Shown in pieces: positions 9,752-19,831 of a DNA stretch of 64,000 nucleotides. The position numbers were made by a program, and so were the translations under genes. Each line of letters opens with the position of its first letter. Positions within the stretch are counted from its first letter, which is position 1. The notes beneath the pieces were generated by a model, which saw only the letters and a list, made by a program, of their open reading frames with translations, had not been told where the DNA came from and did not search any database. The stretch comes from Aureispira anguillae (GTDB lineage: Bacteria > Bacteroidota > Bacteroidia > Chitinophagales > Saprospiraceae). The stretch lies in NCBI RefSeq assembly GCF_026000115.1, contig NZ_AP026867.1, positions 2,649,716 through 2,713,715 of the forward strand. The letters are read 5' to 3'.

Positions 9752-10867
9752 ATGAAAATAGGTATCACAATATTCATTTCCGTTCATGCAATAATTCATT
9801 TATTTGGCTTTTTCAAAGCATTTGGAATAGCCGAATTTAAAGCCATTTCCAATCCCATTTCAAAAACGTTTGGATTAATTTGGCTGCTAGCATTTGTGCT
9901 TTTCATTGCAACAATAATGCTACTACTTTATGCCTTTGATTACTGGTGGGCAACGGCAATTATTGCCCTGATTGTATCCCAATTTTTGATTTTCAACAAT
10001 TGGTCTGATGCAAAATTTGGCACAATAGCCAATATAATCATTCTCTTAGCGGCAATAATCGCATATTCAACAATTCAATTTACCAATAAGGTACAGGAAG
10101 AAAGAGAGCAGATTCATGAAAATGCTAAACATATACCTCAAAAAATTGTCACAGAAGCGTCCATTTTAAATTTGCCCAAAACTGTCCAAAAATGGCTAAT
10201 CAATAGTGGTGTAATCGGGAAACAAACCATCTTTAACGTTCATTTAGTTCAGGAGTTGCAACTCAAAATGAAGGAAGACCAAAAGGAGTGGAATACGGCA
10301 ACAGCTGACCAATATTTCACCATACAGCCCCCTGCCTTTAATTGGAAGATCAATATGCAGATGAATCCCTTTATAAATATTATTGGGCGGGATAAGTTTG
10401 AAAATGGCAATGGCGAAATGTCTATCAAAATGTTTTCATTGATTCCAATTGCTAATGCCAGCAATGACCAGAAAGTAAATGAAGCCTCCTTACAACGATA
10501 CTTAGCTGAAATTATCTGGTTCCCAACAGCTGCCTTAAGCCCTTACATAACCTGGGAGCCCATAGATAGCCAATCTGCCAAAGCAACCATGAGTTTTCAA
10601 GGAACAGAAGGATCTGGAATTTTTCATTTTGACAACAATGGTGAATTTGTCCAATTTACTGCTATGCGTTTTAAGGAAGTAGGTGATAAAGCACCAACCT
10701 TGTGGACGGTTAGTTCCACAAAAATTGAAGCACGCAATGGGATAAAAATACCTGTCGAATGCGAAGCAAAATGGACATTGGAAAACCAAGATTGGACTTG
10801 GTTAAAACTAAAACTAACCGATATTAAATACAATTTAACAGAAATACCCATGCCTCACAAGGGCTAA
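9752..10867 (+). CDS. Hypothetical membrane protein (4 N-terminal TM helices plus soluble C-domain)
   Basis: 371 aa. Hydrophobic N-terminus followed by a roughly 250 aa domain with no recognisable motif. Confidence 0.5.
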   Translation: MKIGITIFISVHAIIHLFGFFKAFGIAEFKAISNPISKTFGLIWLLAFVLFIATIMLLLYAFDYWWATAIIALIVSQFLIFNNWSDAKFGTIANIIILLAAIIAYSTIQFTNKVQEEREQIHENAKHIPQKIVTEASILNLPKTVQKWLINSGVIGKQTIFNVHLVQELQLKMKEDQKEWNTATADQYFTIQPPAFNWKINMQMNPFINIIGRDKFENGNGEMSIKMFSLIPIANASNDQKVNEASLQRYLAEIIWFPTAALSPYITWEPIDSQSAKATMSFQGTEGSGIFHFDNNGEFVQFTAMRFKEVGDKAPTLWTVSSTKIEARNGIKIPVECEAKWTLENQDWTWLKLKLTDIKYNLTEIPMPHKG

Positions 10868-10868
10868 A

Positions 10869-11618
10869 ATGCTCCTTATCAATAAAATGACCAAGCACTT
10901 GCTCTATTTCTTTAAAAAATTGCTAAAAATGGAACCTCTAAACTATTTAGTAGCTCTCTGCTTACTAACGCTCTTCTCTTGTAATTCTGCCAAGCAGCAG
11001 CCCCAACAAAATCGGTTCTTTGAAGGAACCATTATATATTCTATTGAATACTTACCATACTCTCCTAGATTTAAAGCAGATGATCTTAAAGAAGATCTCG
11101 GTTCCCAAATTATTACTACGTTAAAAGAAGGAAACTACAAAAAACAATATGTCTCTCCAAGTGGAAAAATAATTAGTGAAAGGTATCTTGATTTAAATAG
11201 TAAAAAATCTTATTTAAAAGAAATGGATAATGATACTATTTATTGGTTTGATATTACAAAAAGTGACAGCAGAACAACTTTTAAACCATTAAACGATACT
11301 ATTATCTCTAAATACCACTTAAAAGGGGTTGAAACAGAAAGTACCATTAAAATTCAAAGCTTAGGTATTGATACTCTGCAATTAAAAAGGACATTTTATT
11401 ATTCTAAAAAGTATAAAGTAAATCCTAATTGGTATAAAGATTACAATGAGGATAACCTTAATAATATAATTAAGTATGGAAAAGGAATTCTATTATTCGA
11501 ACTCCATAAAGGTTTGTTTTGGGAACAAAAAATATCTGTTGAAACAATAACTCCGAAAAAAGTCGATGACCTAGAATTTCTTCCCATAAATGAGAACACG
11601 CCATTAAGAGAATTATAA
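10869..11618 (+). CDS. Hypothetical lipoprotein
   Basis: 249 aa. Internal signal/lipobox LTLFSCNS. A start at an internal Met is likely. Confidence 0.5.
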   Translation: MLLINKMTKHLLYFFKKLLKMEPLNYLVALCLLTLFSCNSAKQQPQQNRFFEGTIIYSIEYLPYSPRFKADDLKEDLGSQIITTLKEGNYKKQYVSPSGKIISERYLDLNSKKSYLKEMDNDTIYWFDITKSDSRTTFKPLNDTIISKYHLKGVETESTIKIQSLGIDTLQLKRTFYYSKKYKVNPNWYKDYNEDNLNNIIKYGKGILLFELHKGLFWEQKISVETITPKKVDDLEFLPINENTPLREL

Positions 11619-11715
11619 ATTTACTAGTATCAAGACAGCAATACTTTTAACATTATACAATTCTTATTCCCAAAACCATTAAATTAATACCTCTTTATAA
11701 ATTAGCCCCCTTCCC

Positions 11716-12570
11716 ATGAAAAGATATATAATACCCCTTATTCTTATATTTGTTTCTGCGATCAACTGTTTGTGTCAAAAAACGGATACTTGGTTAAATA
11801 TTAAAATCCATTGCAACACTTGTACCAATAAAAACTGTGATACACTCATTGTAAAAAAGACATACAACTATGCATCTTGCATGGTAAAAAAAGATACCAT
11901 TTATTCAGCTAAAAAGGACAGCCAATCTTTATTAAGTGGTTTGTGTAATCCCATTATTCATTTCTATGATTTTGATTATTTGGTTTGTTCTGAACACCTA
12001 GTTGATTCTAATAAAAATTGGAAAGCGTATAAAATCCTCCAACTTAATCAACACATTTATTATCGTAAAACATTCCAAAGCAAACATTTAAAACTAGTAA
12101 AGTGCTACGATCAAAATTATTCCTTATTATCAACAGATTCTATCCTCTTACATAACGGAAATAAAAATAAGCATTCCTACTTTACCTCCTATTATCAAAA
12201 TGAAGAAAACGAGGTTGCTCAAACAAAATTTTGGTACTATATAAATGGTCAATTAAAGAAAACCGAAAGAGTAACTCAAACCGACTCACATAACTATAAA
12301 TTCGTTTCTGAATTCACCCCAAAAGGGGAGCAAAAAAAGATTCAATATTTTCAATTTGAGCCTACACCTTATGATAAAAATAAGTTTGAATGGATATTAA
12401 TTGAAGAGTCTACTTTTCGTCGAATAAATTCAGAACTTACCATCGAAAAACAAAAAAATCGTCATATAGAAAGTGAATCTACAATATACCTATATAAAGG
12501 GGAAAATTACTCCCGAAGAATTGAAAAAACAGGCTGCCTAATCAAGACTGTAATTAACCAAAAGCTATAA
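11716..12570 (+). CDS. Hypothetical secreted protein
   Basis: 284 aa with an N-terminal signal peptide and no domain recognised. Confidence 0.5.
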   Translation: MKRYIIPLILIFVSAINCLCQKTDTWLNIKIHCNTCTNKNCDTLIVKKTYNYASCMVKKDTIYSAKKDSQSLLSGLCNPIIHFYDFDYLVCSEHLVDSNKNWKAYKILQLNQHIYYRKTFQSKHLKLVKCYDQNYSLLSTDSILLHNGNKNKHSYFTSYYQNEENEVAQTKFWYYINGQLKKTERVTQTDSHNYKFVSEFTPKGEQKKIQYFQFEPTPYDKNKFEWILIEESTFRRINSELTIEKQKNRHIESESTIYLYKGENYSRRIEKTGCLIKTVINQKL

Positions 12571-12617
12571 TTAGCTACTGATAACGATATTATACCTAAC
12601 CTTTAACAATAAAAATC

Positions 12618-12851
12618 ATGAGTTATTTCAGTCTAAAGAAACGAACCATTCCTCAACTATTTTTATTAGTCCTTGGAGCTTTGGGGACTTTTAATACGCT
12701 TGCAGCTATCCTAAACTATGGGTTAAGAGAAAGCTCTCAAATAGTTGCTCTAGTGCTGTTTTTAGGTTGTATTTGGAGTGGTACTTCGCCCACCAAAGAA
12801 GAGGAAAAATTAGATCAAGAAGAACAATTTGATGATATACTTGACCGCTAA
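12618..12851 (+). CDS. Small hypothetical membrane protein
   Basis: 77 aa with two hydrophobic helices and an acidic tail. Confidence 0.3.
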   Translation: MSYFSLKKRTIPQLFLLVLGALGTFNTLAAILNYGLRESSQIVALVLFLGCIWSGTSPTKEEEKLDQEEQFDDILDR

Positions 12852-12882
12852 ATTGGCTCTAAGGATGACTGCTTTGATAAAA

Positions 12883-13575
12883 TTAATTTAGAATGGATAA
12901 TAAAAGAGAATCTATTTGATGAATGATTTTAAAAAAAGTATGATCGGGGCAATGCTGTCTGTGTACGCTATGGGTTTCTGTTTTACTATGAAAGGTAAGT
13001 GCCGAATAGCTTCCATCTAAAGCCAAGCGTCCACAATTTTCTATACCTAAACGCATAAAATTTGAATCCTCAAGCGTCGAAATTATTGCGTTCCATTTTT
13101 CTAACGTCAAAACATCATGTTGAATGTTATTCCTATACACTTTCCCTAAATATTCCCCTGTCAAATGATTGGTTAAAGAAAGTGATTCTTCCCCTTTTTT
13201 TCCTTGATTGGTATAAAAGGCTTGCGTTAAATAAATCATTGAATCCCTTCTAAAGATTTGAGTAAATTTGCCTCCTAAAAATCCCGAAAAACTAATGTCA
13301 TGATAAAAAGTGAGTAAGGTGTCTGAAAAATGGATTTTATCACTCCTGGAAGGTTTTAACCCCAAAAAAGTTAATAACGCTTTCTCCCATTCATACGAAA
13401 GAGAATCTAAAAGTTTTTCTTCTTTGGCTTTATCCCTTTTTTCTTGCTCTATCAAAGCCAAACTGTCCTCTAAACGCTTTTGACCTTCCTCTTTTTGTTC
13501 CATTAAAACTTCATGTTGAAAAGCAATGCAACACCAAAGTATAAAACAAAAAAGCATTAAAACGATATATCTCAT
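12883..13575 (-). CDS. Hypothetical secreted protein
   Basis: 230 aa with a signal peptide and an E/K-rich coiled segment. Confidence 0.5.
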   Translation of the reverse strand: MRYIVLMLFCFILWCCIAFQHEVLMEQKEEGQKRLEDSLALIEQEKRDKAKEEKLLDSLSYEWEKALLTFLGLKPSRSDKIHFSDTLLTFYHDISFSGFLGGKFTQIFRRDSMIYLTQAFYTNQGKKGEESLSLTNHLTGEYLGKVYRNNIQHDVLTLEKWNAIISTLEDSNFMRLGIENCGRLALDGSYSALTFHSKTETHSVHRQHCPDHTFFKIIHQIDSLLLSILN

Positions 13576-13795
13576 AGTGTTTTCTTTTACATAAGCCCCC
13601 TAAAGCTAAAAGATACAGCAATAAACAGAAATTCATACCTACTTTTAACCAAGTGTTTCTAAGCTATGACTAAAAATTATAGCCTTTGCGAGTTATAAAT
13701 GAAAAAATCACAAACAAAATCATAGATTTTGTTCTCAGCTATTGTAAATTGGAAACATCACAGGACTTTAGCGAACAGCAATTAAAACAAAAAAA

Positions 13796-14377
13796 GTGGA
13801 AGCAATCATACTTGAAATTTTTAGGGATACTACATTGACTGAAAATGAAATAACATATTTATCTGGTAAGTTGGAAAAAATAACACTCAAAAGGAAAGAG
13901 TTCCTTTTGCAAGAAGGCGAAACTGTTCATTCTATTAATTACATTCATAGTGGCTGCCTGCGAAGTTATTTCATTGATTCTTATGGGAAGGAACATACCT
14001 TACAATTTGCTATTAAAGATTGGTGGATTAGTGATTATATTGCTCTTTTTGGTCAAGAAAAAAACACAGCTGTCTCTTACATTGAATGTATTAAAGATGC
14101 TACTTTGTTTAAAATTTCAAAAAGAGATTTTGATAATCTTTGTATTGAAATTCCTCAAATAAGTCATTTATATATCAAAAAGCTAGAATCAGCATTTGCT
14201 GCCTTCCAAAAACGCATCCTTCAAAATTTAACCTTGCCAGCAAAAGAACGTTATACCAACTTTGTAAATACCTATCCGAACATTGAGCAAAATGTAAAAA
14301 ATTATCACATTGCTTCCTTTCTCGGAATCACGACCGAAAGTTTAAGTAGAATTCGAAAAGAAATTGCCAACGAATAA
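13796..14377 (+). CDS. Crp/Fnr-family transcriptional regulator (cNMP-binding + HTH)
   Basis: 193 aa. Beta-barrel cNMP-binding motif (FLLQEGETVHSINYIHSGCLRSYF) and C-terminal HTH (IASFLGITTESLSRIRKE). Confidence 0.75.
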   Translation: MEAIILEIFRDTTLTENEITYLSGKLEKITLKRKEFLLQEGETVHSINYIHSGCLRSYFIDSYGKEHTLQFAIKDWWISDYIALFGQEKNTAVSYIECIKDATLFKISKRDFDNLCIEIPQISHLYIKKLESAFAAFQKRILQNLTLPAKERYTNFVNTYPNIEQNVKNYHIASFLGITTESLSRIRKEIANE

Positions 14378-14602
14378 TTCCTTTCTTACCATACATCAAT
14401 TTTTAGGAATTTATTAAGCTCTATTTTTGTGTTATTATTTATAAAAATGGATAACTACCATCACTCCATTAAAAATCGTATGCGACTGATTACCAAAAAT
14501 GATAAAAGCTTGCCACACAAAGCACCAATCAACTAACAATCAACCAAATACAAGATGTTTTTTTTTTATAAAAAAGCAATGGAGTGTTAAACTACAATAG
14601 AC

Positions 14603-15457
14603 ATGATAAAAAAATTATTGGGGCTAGCTCCTAAATTGGAAATGGATGGATCCTACAGCCCATCTAAAATTGCTTTAAAATTAGCCACTGCTCCCACAAC
14701 CGATTTTGAGAATGTTTCGTACAAAAAATACAGGGGTAAGCAATCAAAAATCTTGGTGATTTTTACCGAGCAAAAAAACATGAAAATGCAAAATGGCAAA
14801 TTGTTTTCTACGGGCAATCATCCTGTAGAAGCTTTGTTGCCTATGTTGCATCTTAAAAATGCAGGATTTGAGTTTGTAATTGCTACTCCAACAGGAAAAC
14901 CCGTTGTCTTAGAAATGTGGGCTTTTCCAAAAAAAGACGAGCATGTAAACGCCATTTACAAGGAACTAAAAAATGACTTTGAAAAGCCCAAAAAATTGGC
15001 TAATTTTATTCTTGAATCCTTTGATGATTCAAGCTCCTATGCAGCTGTTTTTGTGCCTGGTGGACACGGTGCTATGATTGGTATTCCAGAAGATAAAAAC
15101 GTGGGAAAAATCTTAAATTGGGCGCATCAAAACAACTTATTTACGATAAGCCTTTGCCACGGGCCTGGTTCTTTTTTAGCAACAACACTTAATAAGCAAC
15201 CATTTATCTACAAAGGCTATAATATGTGTGTATTTCCAGACTCTATCGACAAAAAAACACCAATGGTTGGTTATTTGCCAGGGCAAATGCCTTGGGGTTT
15301 AAGCGAAAAATTAAAACAGCTAGGCGTGAATATCATGAATACAAAGTCAGATAATACCGTTTGCTTAGACAGAAGATTAATCACTGGCGCAAGCCCACTA
15401 GCTTCTAACGCCTTAGGCAAATTAGCCGCTAATACTTTACTTAAAGAATTAAAATAA
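14603..15457 (+). CDS. hchA: Hsp31/glyoxalase III (HchA-type DJ-1/PfpI chaperone-glyoxalase)
   Basis: Near-colinear with E. coli HchA: KLFSTGNHPVEALLPMLHLKNAGFEF, FVPGGHGAMIGIPED, ISLCHGPGSFLA (catalytic Cys), LITGASPLASNALGKLAA. Confidence 0.85.
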   Translation: MIKKLLGLAPKLEMDGSYSPSKIALKLATAPTTDFENVSYKKYRGKQSKILVIFTEQKNMKMQNGKLFSTGNHPVEALLPMLHLKNAGFEFVIATPTGKPVVLEMWAFPKKDEHVNAIYKELKNDFEKPKKLANFILESFDDSSSYAAVFVPGGHGAMIGIPEDKNVGKILNWAHQNNLFTISLCHGPGSFLATTLNKQPFIYKGYNMCVFPDSIDKKTPMVGYLPGQMPWGLSEKLKQLGVNIMNTKSDNTVCLDRRLITGASPLASNALGKLAANTLLKELK

Positions 15458-15752
15458 AAACGGCTCTCAACAATAAAAGCAGGCAACAAAGACTAGGGAT
15501 AAAACTAATGTCCATTTGTCTGTGTGATGCTACTAAATCGTAAATTTTGCTAGTCTCGTAAAGAAAAATCACTAGCAAGATTTATGATTTTAGTTTTAAG
15601 GGGCGTATATTGTATTAATGCTCCGTTGATTTTTAAACGCAGTAATGCTATTACTGAAGAGCAACTAAAACATAGAAAAAGTAAAAAGAGCTGGATGCCC
15701 ATCTATTTATTCCCAATAATGAATTAATAGTTCATTAACTTCTTATAAAAAC

Positions 15753-16490
15753 ATGAAAGCTTCAAATACCACACAGATTAAACCATCTGCTTTTTTCTAC
15801 AGCATACTCTTAATTCATTTAATAGCCCTCAGTTGCCAAAATCAAACGTTTAGTACCAATCAAATCCATGAACAAAGCCTTTCTGAAAACACGCTAGGTG
15901 AAGCAGATACCTCAAACTTGGAAAGTCTCCCCGAAACACCAGCTTCAAACAACCAAAATAGTACTCCCCATACAAACGAGCCAAACCTTTCTCTTCAAGA
16001 GAGAGCGGCAGCTTTGAAGAAAAAAGAACTTCCAGCATTAAAGAATTATTTCGACTTTGATGAGGCAGAACATTATGCTATAAAAACAAGCAGCAACGAT
16101 CTTCTCATCTTACAAAATAAAGTGCAAAAGTCAGGGGATGAAAACCTTCTAATGAGCATTCTATACTCCTATGAACCCCAACAAATAGAAGATGTTCATT
16201 TCTTAGAAAAGTTAGAATTACTAGGATTTACCAAAAAGCAAATTAGCACAAAAAAACTAGATCGATTAAACTACTTGTTTAGTACAAAAAAACATACTAA
16301 AGCTTATTTAATGGGCTGCGCTCCTGTATTTAGAGACATTATTGTATTTAAAAAACATTCCAAAATAATTGGCATCGCTAAAATTTGCTTTCAATGCATG
16401 AGGCATCACATCGTAGGCAGCAATCTAAATGTAAGAAATTTTGGGCAGTCAGGAGATTTTTCTAGATTAGCTATTTTATTGTATAAATAA
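15753..16490 (+). CDS. Lipoprotein with C-terminal Cys motif C-x(9-11)-FK-x4-IG-x3-ICFxC
   Basis: Lipobox LIALSCQ. The C-terminus (MGCAPVFRDIIVFKKHSKIIGIAKICFQCMRHH) aligns with the C-terminus of the ORF at 25914-26606. Confidence 0.5.
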   Translation: MKASNTTQIKPSAFFYSILLIHLIALSCQNQTFSTNQIHEQSLSENTLGEADTSNLESLPETPASNNQNSTPHTNEPNLSLQERAAALKKKELPALKNYFDFDEAEHYAIKTSSNDLLILQNKVQKSGDENLLMSILYSYEPQQIEDVHFLEKLELLGFTKKQISTKKLDRLNYLFSTKKHTKAYLMGCAPVFRDIIVFKKHSKIIGIAKICFQCMRHHIVGSNLNVRNFGQSGDFSRLAILLYK

Positions 16491-16509
16491 TAATAAATAA
16501 AAACAAATT

Positions 16510-17025
16510 ATGAGCAAAAAAATCTATTGTATTGTCCTCTTATTAATCGGAAATCTATTGTATTCTTGTGGTTTAAACAGTATAGAATATAAAGATGAAT
16601 TCGAAGCTAGCAAAATTGCTTGGTTGAATTTTAAAGAATCTTCTAACAATACTTATACCTATACGGTAGCGAATAGTTCTTGGGTAGGAGTTAGTTGGGA
16701 GACCAACATAAGCGTAAAAAATGGTGTTGTGGTACAAAGAAGTTTTGAAATTACGGGTACAGAAGGATTACCTGCCGATTTTCCAGAACATGAACTTCAA
16801 TGGAACGAAACAGAAAACGAAATTGACACGCATGACAATGGAGCTGAACCGATTACATTGGATGAAATTTATACCAAAGCCCAACAACACTGGCTTGTTC
16901 GCAGAAAAAATACGTTCACCACTTTTAGGGCAGAGAATGATGGAATGATTTCAACCTGCGGATATGGTGAAAAACAATGTTCTGATGATTGCTTTAGAGG
17001 CGTAAATATAATCCGTATTCAATGA
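16510..17025 (+). CDS. Hypothetical lipoprotein
   Basis: 171 aa. Lipobox LLYSCG. No domain recognised. Confidence 0.5.
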   Translation: MSKKIYCIVLLLIGNLLYSCGLNSIEYKDEFEASKIAWLNFKESSNNTYTYTVANSSWVGVSWETNISVKNGVVVQRSFEITGTEGLPADFPEHELQWNETENEIDTHDNGAEPITLDEIYTKAQQHWLVRRKNTFTTFRAENDGMISTCGYGEKQCSDDCFRGVNIIRIQ

Positions 17026-17099
17026 GTTATACAAATTTCAAATAAAATACTCACCAATGTATTCAACAACGTCTTTAAATAGATAGATCTGTAATTGGT

Positions 17100-17591
17100 T
17101 TAATTTCTAAGATCAAGTAGCGGAGCCGTTTTGTAAAAAAAATAGAGGTATAAAACCATCATCCCTAGTGTAGACAAAAGATTAAACAAATCGTTATAAT
17201 AACCTAAAGAGGAATAATTTTCTAAAGAAGGAGCTCCAAACGCAAAAAACCAACTTATAATAGAGATTAGTCCACTCCAAAATAAAAAGACACCTAGCTT
17301 AGATTTTCCTTTATAAAAGGTTTGTCCTTGTTCTTCTTGCTTTACAACCTTGTATCTTCTCCAAATAACATAAAAGGTAGGCATCAAAAACCACAACACT
17401 ATAACAAAGGCAATTACCAATCTCGCCTCAAACGTCAAGGATAAACTAGGGTTTTGCATAAACAGGATGACCTTTGCAATAAAAAAAAGAGAACCTCCCC
17501 AAATAAGTATCTCTACTATTTTGAGTTTTGAGGTTCTCTTCATTTCCTTTTCTCTTTTTTCTAATGTTTCATCTAATATTATATTTTCCAT
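17100..17591 (-). CDS. Hypothetical membrane protein
   Basis: 163 aa with four TM helices and no domain. Confidence 0.45.
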   Translation of the reverse strand: MENIILDETLEKREKEMKRTSKLKIVEILIWGGSLFFIAKVILFMQNPSLSLTFEARLVIAFVIVLWFLMPTFYVIWRRYKVVKQEEQGQTFYKGKSKLGVFLFWSGLISIISWFFAFGAPSLENYSSLGYYNDLFNLLSTLGMMVLYLYFFYKTAPLLDLRN

Positions 17592-17597
17592 ACTCTA

Positions 17598-18584
17598 TTA
17601 TAACAAAAACCCTTGATCAGAAGAATATGGTGCAGGAATGTTTTCATCTTTAACCATCTCTCGCATATCAATCTCAATTCCCCTAGCAATGGAAGTAATT
17701 GGAACATCGTTGTACGTTCCTTCAAAAGGGTTTTCAGAATAATCTCCTATTTTTTCCATTAAAAAATAAATCCATATCAATAGAGCCGACATCAGGGGAT
17801 TTATATACAAAAGCCAAATCTCTACTCCTTTAAAAAAATCAAGCATTGAAAGGGGCAAAAACATACAGAAGGCAAAATTGAACCAAAGAGCAGTAGATGC
17901 ATACTGTCGAGGGAATGGGAAGTTTTTAATTCGTTCTGACTTTCCTTGACCATCATAGAAGCAACGAACTAGTTTAAAAAGTTCCATATGACGAAAATCG
18001 TCAAAGTATCCCTTATCGTGTAATTCTTGCAAACGAAGGGACTGTTTAACTAATATTTGAGTAGCTATATTGGATTGCCCCATATAAGATTCGAGTTCTT
18101 CACTGTCAATAATTTCATCCAACTCTTCCTCTAATTTAGAAAAAAGTGTTTCGGCAATTGGAGGGGCATATTTACCTTTTATACGTTCGTTGGTGTGCTC
18201 CCACTCTTTGGATAGCCTCAACTGATAACGCAAGGCTGTTAACCAAGCAATATGTCGATGAATTAATTCTTGCTGAATGCTCTTTTTGTTGTTGCCATTA
18301 ACAAAAGACATAACCCCTGCTCCAAAAGAACGGCTATCGTTGACAATCCCTCCCCATATTTTGCGTGCTTCCCATGTCCTATCGTAAGAACTATTGTTTT
18401 TAAAACCTAAATAAAAAGCTACAGCAATACCAATAATACTAACAGGTTGCCAAGGTAGAGAAATGTCTAAGTTGGTATAATGAGCAATAGCTCCAATGAC
18501 TCCAGAATAAATAAAACCAATAATGAATGGCCACTTTGACCACCGAACAGTCATCCAAAAACTGTAATTTCGTTTTGTATACAT
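17598..18584 (-). CDS. Bestrophin-like (UPF0187/YneE) anion channel family protein
   Basis: 328 aa. N-terminal TM hairpins with ISLPWQPVSIIGIAVAFYLGFKNNSSYDRTWEARKIWG, typical of bacterial bestrophin homologues (PF01062). Confidence 0.65.
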   Translation of the reverse strand: MYTKRNYSFWMTVRWSKWPFIIGFIYSGVIGAIAHYTNLDISLPWQPVSIIGIAVAFYLGFKNNSSYDRTWEARKIWGGIVNDSRSFGAGVMSFVNGNNKKSIQQELIHRHIAWLTALRYQLRLSKEWEHTNERIKGKYAPPIAETLFSKLEEELDEIIDSEELESYMGQSNIATQILVKQSLRLQELHDKGYFDDFRHMELFKLVRCFYDGQGKSERIKNFPFPRQYASTALWFNFAFCMFLPLSMLDFFKGVEIWLLYINPLMSALLIWIYFLMEKIGDYSENPFEGTYNDVPITSIARGIEIDMREMVKDENIPAPYSSDQGFLL

Positions 18585-18749
18585 AGGAATTCTTTATATT
18601 TTTTTAGTGAAAAAGATTTTTTTTGTGACATAAAAATCGCAGCACAGCATGAAAGATAATAGAAAAATTTAAGTAATATCCTGTCTTTCTAATTATTTAG
18701 AACAAGTGATCCATTTTTTATAAAAAACAAGAACCAAACTAGCTATAAA

Positions 18750-19796
18750 ATGAAATGTATTTTTTGGATAGCAATCATCTTTCTGTCAACCTCCTGTAAA
18801 TCAAAAAACAGAAAAATTAATGTCGCTAAACCTGAGCATCTAACAGAAAATAATGTTCCACAAATTGGACAATACATCACTGAAATATTTGAAGATTCTA
18901 AAGGGAATATTTGGTTTGGGACATTAGAAAAAGGCGTTGCCAAATACGATGGGCTTACTCTCTCCTATTTTACCCAAAACGATGGCTTACCCAGTAATAC
19001 AATTTCAAGTATTGTAGAAGATAAAAAGGGTACCCTATGGTTTGGAACACATGCAGGGCTATCCAAATATGATGGTAAGTCATTCATCAATTTTACTGAA
19101 AAAGACGGTCTCTGTCACCTTAGAATAAGTAATTTACTTCTGGATAGCAACGATAATTTTTGGATCGGCACATGGGGTGGCGTTTGCCAATATGATGGAA
19201 CTAAATTTACCAACTTTTTAATTCCCTATGCGCCTGTAGATACTTACCTCAATGAAGATACTAAAGATTGGGTAACTGAAATTATGGAGGACTCAAAAGG
19301 AAATATCTGGTTGGGTAGGGATGGTTATGGAGCTAGTAAATACGATGGTCAAAAATTTGTTCATTTCACAAAAGCAGATGGGCTTTACTCTAATAATGTG
19401 CAAGAAATTCAAGAAGATAAAAATGGAAATATTTGGTTTGGAACGAGGGTAGCAGAAAAAGATCATCCCGATGAAAACAAACGATTTGGTAAGGGAGGAA
19501 TAACTAGATGCAATGAAAAAGGTTGTACGCATTTCCCTGAAATAGAAGGGCTAAACAACAGTGACACCTATGCAATTTATAAAGATAATTCTGGCAATCT
19601 ATGGATTAGCACCTTGAACAACGGTATGTATAGATATGATGGTAAAGCATTTAAAAATTATCCTATCCCCATCCCCATCATGAGCATAATGGAAGATAAA
19701 AATGGAAAGTTATGGTTCGGAGGTGCTGGTGGTTTATACGCTATCGATACAAAAGGAACGATTGCGAATATTACCGTTAAAGGTCCTTGGAAATAA
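18750..19796 (+). CDS. Lipoprotein made of two-component-regulator propeller (Reg_prop) repeats
   Basis: Lipobox FLSTSC. Repeated units (IWFGTLEKGVAKYDG, LWFGTHAGLSKYDG, FWIGTWGGVCQYDG, IWLGRDGYGASKYDG, LWISTLNNGMYRYDG) are the Reg_prop/Y_Y_Y sensor beta-propeller signature. No kinase domain is present. Confidence 0.7.
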   Translation: MKCIFWIAIIFLSTSCKSKNRKINVAKPEHLTENNVPQIGQYITEIFEDSKGNIWFGTLEKGVAKYDGLTLSYFTQNDGLPSNTISSIVEDKKGTLWFGTHAGLSKYDGKSFINFTEKDGLCHLRISNLLLDSNDNFWIGTWGGVCQYDGTKFTNFLIPYAPVDTYLNEDTKDWVTEIMEDSKGNIWLGRDGYGASKYDGQKFVHFTKADGLYSNNVQEIQEDKNGNIWFGTRVAEKDHPDENKRFGKGGITRCNEKGCTHFPEIEGLNNSDTYAIYKDNSGNLWISTLNNGMYRYDGKAFKNYPIPIPIMSIMEDKNGKLWFGGAGGLYAIDTKGTIANITVKGPWK

Positions 19797-19831
19797 TACT
19801 ATTAAATCATCTAACAAAATCATACTTAACC

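Noticed and set aside
13950-14162. 70-aa ORF inside the Crp/Fnr gene (alternate frame), and similar nested ORFs 26966-27310, 48164-48424, 32620-32835, 52599-52841, 54926-55426
   Set aside because: They are nested in other frames of well-supported genes with strong homology. No independent support.
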